Shown here piece by piece: positions 16,480 through 20,000 of a stretch of DNA of 20,000 nt. Below the pieces are notes generated by a model that ran no database searches, was not told the DNA's origin, and saw only the letters and a list, made by a program, of their open reading frames with translations. Within the stretch, counting starts at the first letter, position 1. Each line of letters opens with the position of its first letter. The position numbers and the translations under genes were made by a program. Source of the DNA: an uncultured virus (IMG/VR IMGVR_UViG_3300017989_000096) (Duplodnaviria; Heunggongvirae; Uroviricota; Caudoviricetes); IMG/VR virus record IMGVR_UViG_3300017989_000096. One strand, given 5' to 3'.

Positions 16480-16809
16480 ATGTATCGTGTTACTAAGCGT
16501 TGTGAAGTAGCGGGAGCACACAAGCTTGATTTGCCTTACGAATCCAAGTGCAACATATTGCACGGACATAATTGGATCATTTCGGTTACTTGTGAGGCAG
16601 AAGAACTTAACGATTGTGGCATGGTTGTCGATTTTACAGAAATCAAAAAAATTGTGAACCAGCTTGACCATGTCAACCTGAACGGGGTTCTTATTGGGCT
16701 TCGTCCAACGGCAGAGAATATCGCTAAATGGATATGTGACCAAGTACCGAATTGTGTTAAAGTCGTGGTCCAAGAGTCGGAGGGGAATGTTGCATGCTAT
16801 ACAAAATAA
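16480..16809 (+). CDS. queD: 6-carboxy-5,6,7,8-tetrahydropterin synthase
   Basis: AH, CNILHGHNW, VDF, LDH, PTAENIA and QES motifs. Confidence 0.95.
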   Translation: MYRVTKRCEVAGAHKLDLPYESKCNILHGHNWIISVTCEAEELNDCGMVVDFTEIKKIVNQLDHVNLNGVLIGLRPTAENIAKWICDQVPNCVKVVVQESEGNVACYTK

Positions 16810-17366
16810 CTGAGAAATTCTATTCAGTGCAAGGTGAGGGTTTTTGGGCAGGAACTCCAACCTATTTTTTGCGTTTGACTGGTTGTAATCTGAATTGTGA
16901 TTTTTGTGACACAGTGCAACGCAATACAGTCAATGAAGAATTGACGGAGCAACAAATTTTTGAAGCTGCTTGCAAAGAATGCAAAAACAGGCGACTGACA
17001 ATTACTGGTGGTGAACCAACATTGCAGGAATTGGGACCGCTGGTCACATTGTTCAAAAATAACGATTGGTATATTGCCATTGAAACCAATGGTACGAATA
17101 TAAATGCAATTCCAGCAGGAATTGATTGGGTTACTGTGTCTCCAAAACCAAAGGTAGATTATTCGAAGCTCTCAATTATTCATGGTAATGAATTGAAAGT
17201 GGTTATGGATGGCGTGATTGATCCCGCAAAATTTCGCAGTACGAATTTCGATCACTTTTTTATCCAACCTTGTTCAGAGAACTTCAAACCAGCAGCTGAG
17301 TTTGTGTTAGCCAACCCTGGTTGGCGTTTGAGCGTTCAGATTCATAAAGTGATAGGAGTGCTCTGA
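16794..17366 (+). CDS. queE: 7-carboxy-7-deazaguanine synthase (radical SAM)
   Basis: FYSVQGEG, FLRLTGCNLNCDFCDT, TGGEPTL, ETNGT, VSPK, LSVQIHK. Confidence 0.95.
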   Translation: MLYKITEKFYSVQGEGFWAGTPTYFLRLTGCNLNCDFCDTVQRNTVNEELTEQQIFEAACKECKNRRLTITGGEPTLQELGPLVTLFKNNDWYIAIETNGTNINAIPAGIDWVTVSPKPKVDYSKLSIIHGNELKVVMDGVIDPAKFRSTNFDHFFIQPCSENFKPAAEFVLANPGWRLSVQIHKVIGVL

Positions 17367-18235
17367 TGGTTAGCGAAAAGTATAAGATGACGTGGGCAGA
17401 AGTTTATAGCAGAATAGAAAACAGTATCCCAAAAGGTAAAAAGTGTTTTGGGATTCCGAGAGGGGGATTTTTTGTTGCTGCTGCGACAGGTAATGCAGTT
17501 GGAACACCAGAGGAAGCTGAAATCCTTGTGGATGATTTGACCGACTCTGGTCGTACCCGTAAGTATTGGAAGGAAAAATATCCTAATAAGCCATTTCATG
17601 TCTTGTTGGACAAAGAAAAAGAAGGCTTAAAAGGACATTGGATTATCTTTCCGTGGGAGACAGATGAGGAGACTGGAGGGACTGGGGGGCCAACAGATGC
17701 TGTAGTGCGTTTGTTGCAGTGGATTGGTGAGAATCCAACACGTGATGGTTTGATCGATACTCCAGCACGGGTAGTCAAAGCTTGGCAAGAAATGACAGCG
17801 GGATATCATGAAGACCCAGAAGAGATTCTTGGTAAGTCGTTTGAGGTTGATCATGATGAAATGATTGCTCTTAAAGGAATACGGTTTACGTCGCTTTGTG
17901 AGCATCACGTATTGCCTTTTAGCGGGATTTGTGCTGTTGGCTATTTGCCCAAAAAGCGTGTTGTGGGAATTTCAAAGCTGGCTCGTGTTGTTCAGACATT
18001 TGCAAAACGCTTGCAAATTCAAGAACGTCTAACACAAGAAATTGCAGAGGCGATTCAAAAGCATGTAGATACAGAAGGTGTGGGAGTTGTGATTAAAGCG
18101 ACCCATAGCTGTATGGCTTGTAGAGGAGCGTTACAACCTGATGCTGAGATGGTTACTTCGTGCTTGTTGGGTGAGATGAGAGATTCACCTGTTGCTCGTC
18201 AAGAGCTACTTTACTTGCTTGACATTAACAGGTAA
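17366..18235 (+). CDS. folE: GTP cyclohydrolase I fused to an N-terminal phosphoribosyltransferase-like domain
   Basis: FolE motifs RDGLIDTPARV, SLCEHHVLPF, GISKLAR, RLQIQERLT, HSCMACRG. PRT motifs GIPRGG, LVDDLTDSGRT, WIIFPWE. Confidence 0.93.
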   Translation: MVSEKYKMTWAEVYSRIENSIPKGKKCFGIPRGGFFVAAATGNAVGTPEEAEILVDDLTDSGRTRKYWKEKYPNKPFHVLLDKEKEGLKGHWIIFPWETDEETGGTGGPTDAVVRLLQWIGENPTRDGLIDTPARVVKAWQEMTAGYHEDPEEILGKSFEVDHDEMIALKGIRFTSLCEHHVLPFSGICAVGYLPKKRVVGISKLARVVQTFAKRLQIQERLTQEIAEAIQKHVDTEGVGVVIKATHSCMACRGALQPDAEMVTSCLLGEMRDSPVARQELLYLLDINR

Positions 18236-18407
18236 GTTCGATCAGTTTTTCGATTTTGGATTTGGAAATGGGAAGTTTGCCTTTGATTATCACTAAAGTG
18301 TTTCCTTCGTAGGAGACTCGTGCAACCCATTTCTTATCTGAGAATATGTCCCAAAGGTTTCCTATTTTGATTCCAAGAGCCTCTGTTAGTTTGACTTTAA
18401 TTTTCAT
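18225..18407 (-). CDS. small hypothetical protein
   Basis: 60 aa; overlaps the stop of the upstream minus-strand gene; convergent with folE. Confidence 0.55.
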   Translation of the reverse strand: MKIKVKLTEALGIKIGNLWDIFSDKKWVARVSYEGNTLVIIKGKLPISKSKIEKLIELTC

Positions 18408-18759
18408 TTGCTGGACAAAATTTTGTGTGTTTTATGCTTTTGGCTCTGTGTGCACTTCGACCACAAACACGGCAAACAAACCAATTGTTGTCGAGATTGC
18501 AAATCAGTTCATTTGGGTCTTCAAGAGTGAGTTCCGATTCATAATCTGGATAGAGTGCTTTGAGAGCTTTGATTCCATTTTGGAACAACTCATCAACGTT
18601 GTAGCCCATTGATTTGTAGAAGTCTGCATTGAGCAGAGCAGAGTGTGCTTTTTGGATGGCATCTTTGTGCTCTTTGAGTCGACCAAAAGAAGCAGCAAGG
18701 CGAAGAGCTTTTTTCCATTCGCCTCGTTTCATGTGCTTTTTGACAGTCTCTGTTTTCAT
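18397..18759 (-). CDS. hypothetical helical phage protein with C-terminal CxxC...HxxxC motif
   Basis: Minus-strand SD AGGAG before ATG at 18759; GEWKKALRLAASFGRL...FYKSMGY; tail CRVCG...HTKFCP. Confidence 0.75.
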   Translation of the reverse strand: MKTETVKKHMKRGEWKKALRLAASFGRLKEHKDAIQKAHSALLNADFYKSMGYNVDELFQNGIKALKALYPDYESELTLEDPNELICNLDNNWFVCRVCGRSAHRAKSIKHTKFCPANEN

Positions 18760-18847
18760 AAATAACTCCTTAATTTTATAACAGTTTGTTGAACCAGGAT
18801 TTAGGACAAAAGAAAAAATTTTCAAAGTTGCATAATTTTTTGATAAT

Positions 18848-18876
18848 TTGCAGTAGGGTGAATAGTATAATATACT
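18848..18876 (+). promoter_or_regulatory. putative sigma70-type promoter
   Basis: TTGCAG (18848-18853), 17-nt spacer, TATACT (18871-18876), with an overlapping TATAAT at 18866-18871 and an AT-rich upstream region. Confidence 0.5.
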
Positions 18877-18880
18877 TTAA

Positions 18881-19047
18881 GGCAAAAGCTGTTGCGAAAG
18901 GAGGTGCATATGTAAGAAAGGAGCAAGCTACCGGCTTACAGGTAGCAATGGTTGCTGTCAGTGAACTCTCTTGACAATAGGGTTAAGAAGAAAAAGCTGA
19001 CAGAGTTGTGACCGATTACAAGGTCACTTGCGTGAAAGGAGTAAAAC
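18881..19047 (+). other. structured 5' leader or candidate ncRNA with a start-stop minigene
   Basis: Stems GCTACC/GGTAGC, CTGTCAG/CTGACAG and GTGACC/GGTCAC; three GAAAGGAG copies; AAAGGAGGTG-cat-ATGTAA at 18897-18915. Confidence 0.45.
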
Positions 19048-20000
19048 ATGTCTGGGTACACATCAGAAGCATTTCAGTCCAAAGTTGAATCAGCAGCCAA
19101 AGTCATCGAAACAATTCCTGGTTTTGTTGCAGCTATTCGTGACTCGGAAGCACAAAAAAGAGTTACGTCACCCCATGAAATCGCTTGTGAGTATATTTGG
19201 AAGCGATTGGGGATGCTTGGCATCTACAAAGATGCTGACTCTCATGCAATATTGATGAGCGATGACTGCACCGAAGGAGAGGCTCGTCGAGCTTTTTGTG
19301 AAAACGGTGACCCGAATCTTCCTCCGGTACGTTTCAAACGTGTTTGGTCTATTCTTCGCGAAAGCAAACAGGAAAAAGCTGAGTCGAAGGGAGACCAAGG
19401 TGTTGCTGAAGGACTGAACAAACTCAGCGAAAGCATTAAAGAGTCTCTGCGTCCTGTTGGCCAGTGGAAGGACAAAGAGCTGATCGAAGTGTATGGTCCG
19501 GAATGTGATCCGGAAATTGTTCATGCGTTGCAAGAACGTAGCCATGGGCGACCATTCATAGCTTTCTCTGATGAGAAAGATTTGGTGGTTGATGTCGAGT
19601 TGTCACTCAGAATGTTGCGGGAAGCGCGTCGGAGGGAAACACCTGTAAACTATCAGGTTGCTGATTGTTTGAAAAGGCTATATCCTGCTGGTGAATTTCC
19701 GCATATGTTCTATTACGAGTGTCCATTCCACAAAGGAACTTTGCTGGTTGAAGGATTTTGTGACCAAGCAAAAGTGATGTGGAGTGGTGTTGACTATGAA
19801 TGCATGCAGTTTGCTCGTATTGCTCAGGAGTTGGATGAAATAGGCAGGGGTAAGCCAAGCATGCGTCAGTTTGTTAACACAGCTCGCCAGGAAGGAGTTG
19901 ATGGGTTGCGAAAGGATTACCCTCATGTTGCTTTGGTTTTTGATGAGCGCAAAGAAGAGGGTGATTTGCCGAGTCTGAAGATTCGGATGTCAGATACATC
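19048..20000 (+). CDS. hypothetical protein, 3'-truncated (>317 aa; not in ORF track)
   Basis: SD AAGGAG then ATG 19048 (MSGYTSEAFQSKVESAAKV...); frame 1 has no stop up to the window end (...EGDLPSLKIRMSDT). Confidence 0.85.
   Translation, partial: MSGYTSEAFQSKVESAAKVIETIPGFVAAIRDSEAQKRVTSPHEIACEYIWKRLGMLGIYKDADSHAILMSDDCTEGEARRAFCENGDPNLPPVRFKRVWSILRESKQEKAESKGDQGVAEGLNKLSESIKESLRPVGQWKDKELIEVYGPECDPEIVHALQERSHGRPFIAFSDEKDLVVDVELSLRMLREARRRETPVNYQVADCLKRLYPAGEFPHMFYYECPFHKGTLLVEGFCDQAKVMWSGVDYECMQFARIAQELDEIGRGKPSMRQFVNTARQEGVDGLRKDYPHVALVFDERKEEGDLPSLKIRMSDT

Noticed and set aside
11023..18235. tRNA queuosine biosynthesis operon
   Set aside because: No QueF, QueA or QueG/H; the transglycosylase lacks the TGT Zn site; Gat-QueC with ParB-like genes in a phage-like context points to DNA modification.
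18971..18999. Promoter at TTGACA 18971
   Set aside because: No credible -10 hexamer 16-18 nt downstream.
1..20000. Stop-codon reassignment as seen in some large phages
   Set aside because: Coding density is high under the standard code, recognisable enzymes are intact, and TAA, TAG and TGA all occur at sensible gene ends.

Overview
This window looks like a gene-dense segment of a large, uncharacterised bacteriophage genome. Almost all genes are on the + strand, many are small, Cys-rich or hypothetical, and many overlap at start/stop codons. I saw no rRNA, tRNA, CRISPR array, IS element or virion gene. The left part (1-8820) is accessory cargo: small Zn-binding proteins, a DUF4262-like protein, a MoxR/AAA_5-type ATPase, a HAD phosphatase, a metallophosphoesterase and a tandem array of six paralogous CxxC...CP[YF]xLEHL modules with fixed ends and hypervariable middles. 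The right part (8871-18235) appears to be one tightly coupled operon of about 9.3 kb for 7-deazaguanine DNA modification. It runs from a sigma70-like promoter overlapped by a perfect 9-bp inverted repeat through three tandem ParB/Srx-like paralogs, a DpdA-like transglycosylase, a radical SAM/GT-A-like fusion, Gat-QueC, a SAM methyltransferase carrying a seventh Cys module, a GT2 glycosyltransferase, a hypothetical gene, QueD, QueE and a PRTase-FolE fusion. The core predicts preQ0/archaeosine in DNA, and the interleaved tailoring enzymes suggest a possibly undescribed hypermodified base. The window ends with two minus-strand genes, a structured leader holding a perfect-SD ATG-TAA minigene, and a long ORF that runs off the end. 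All family calls come from motif recognition by eye, not from database searches.
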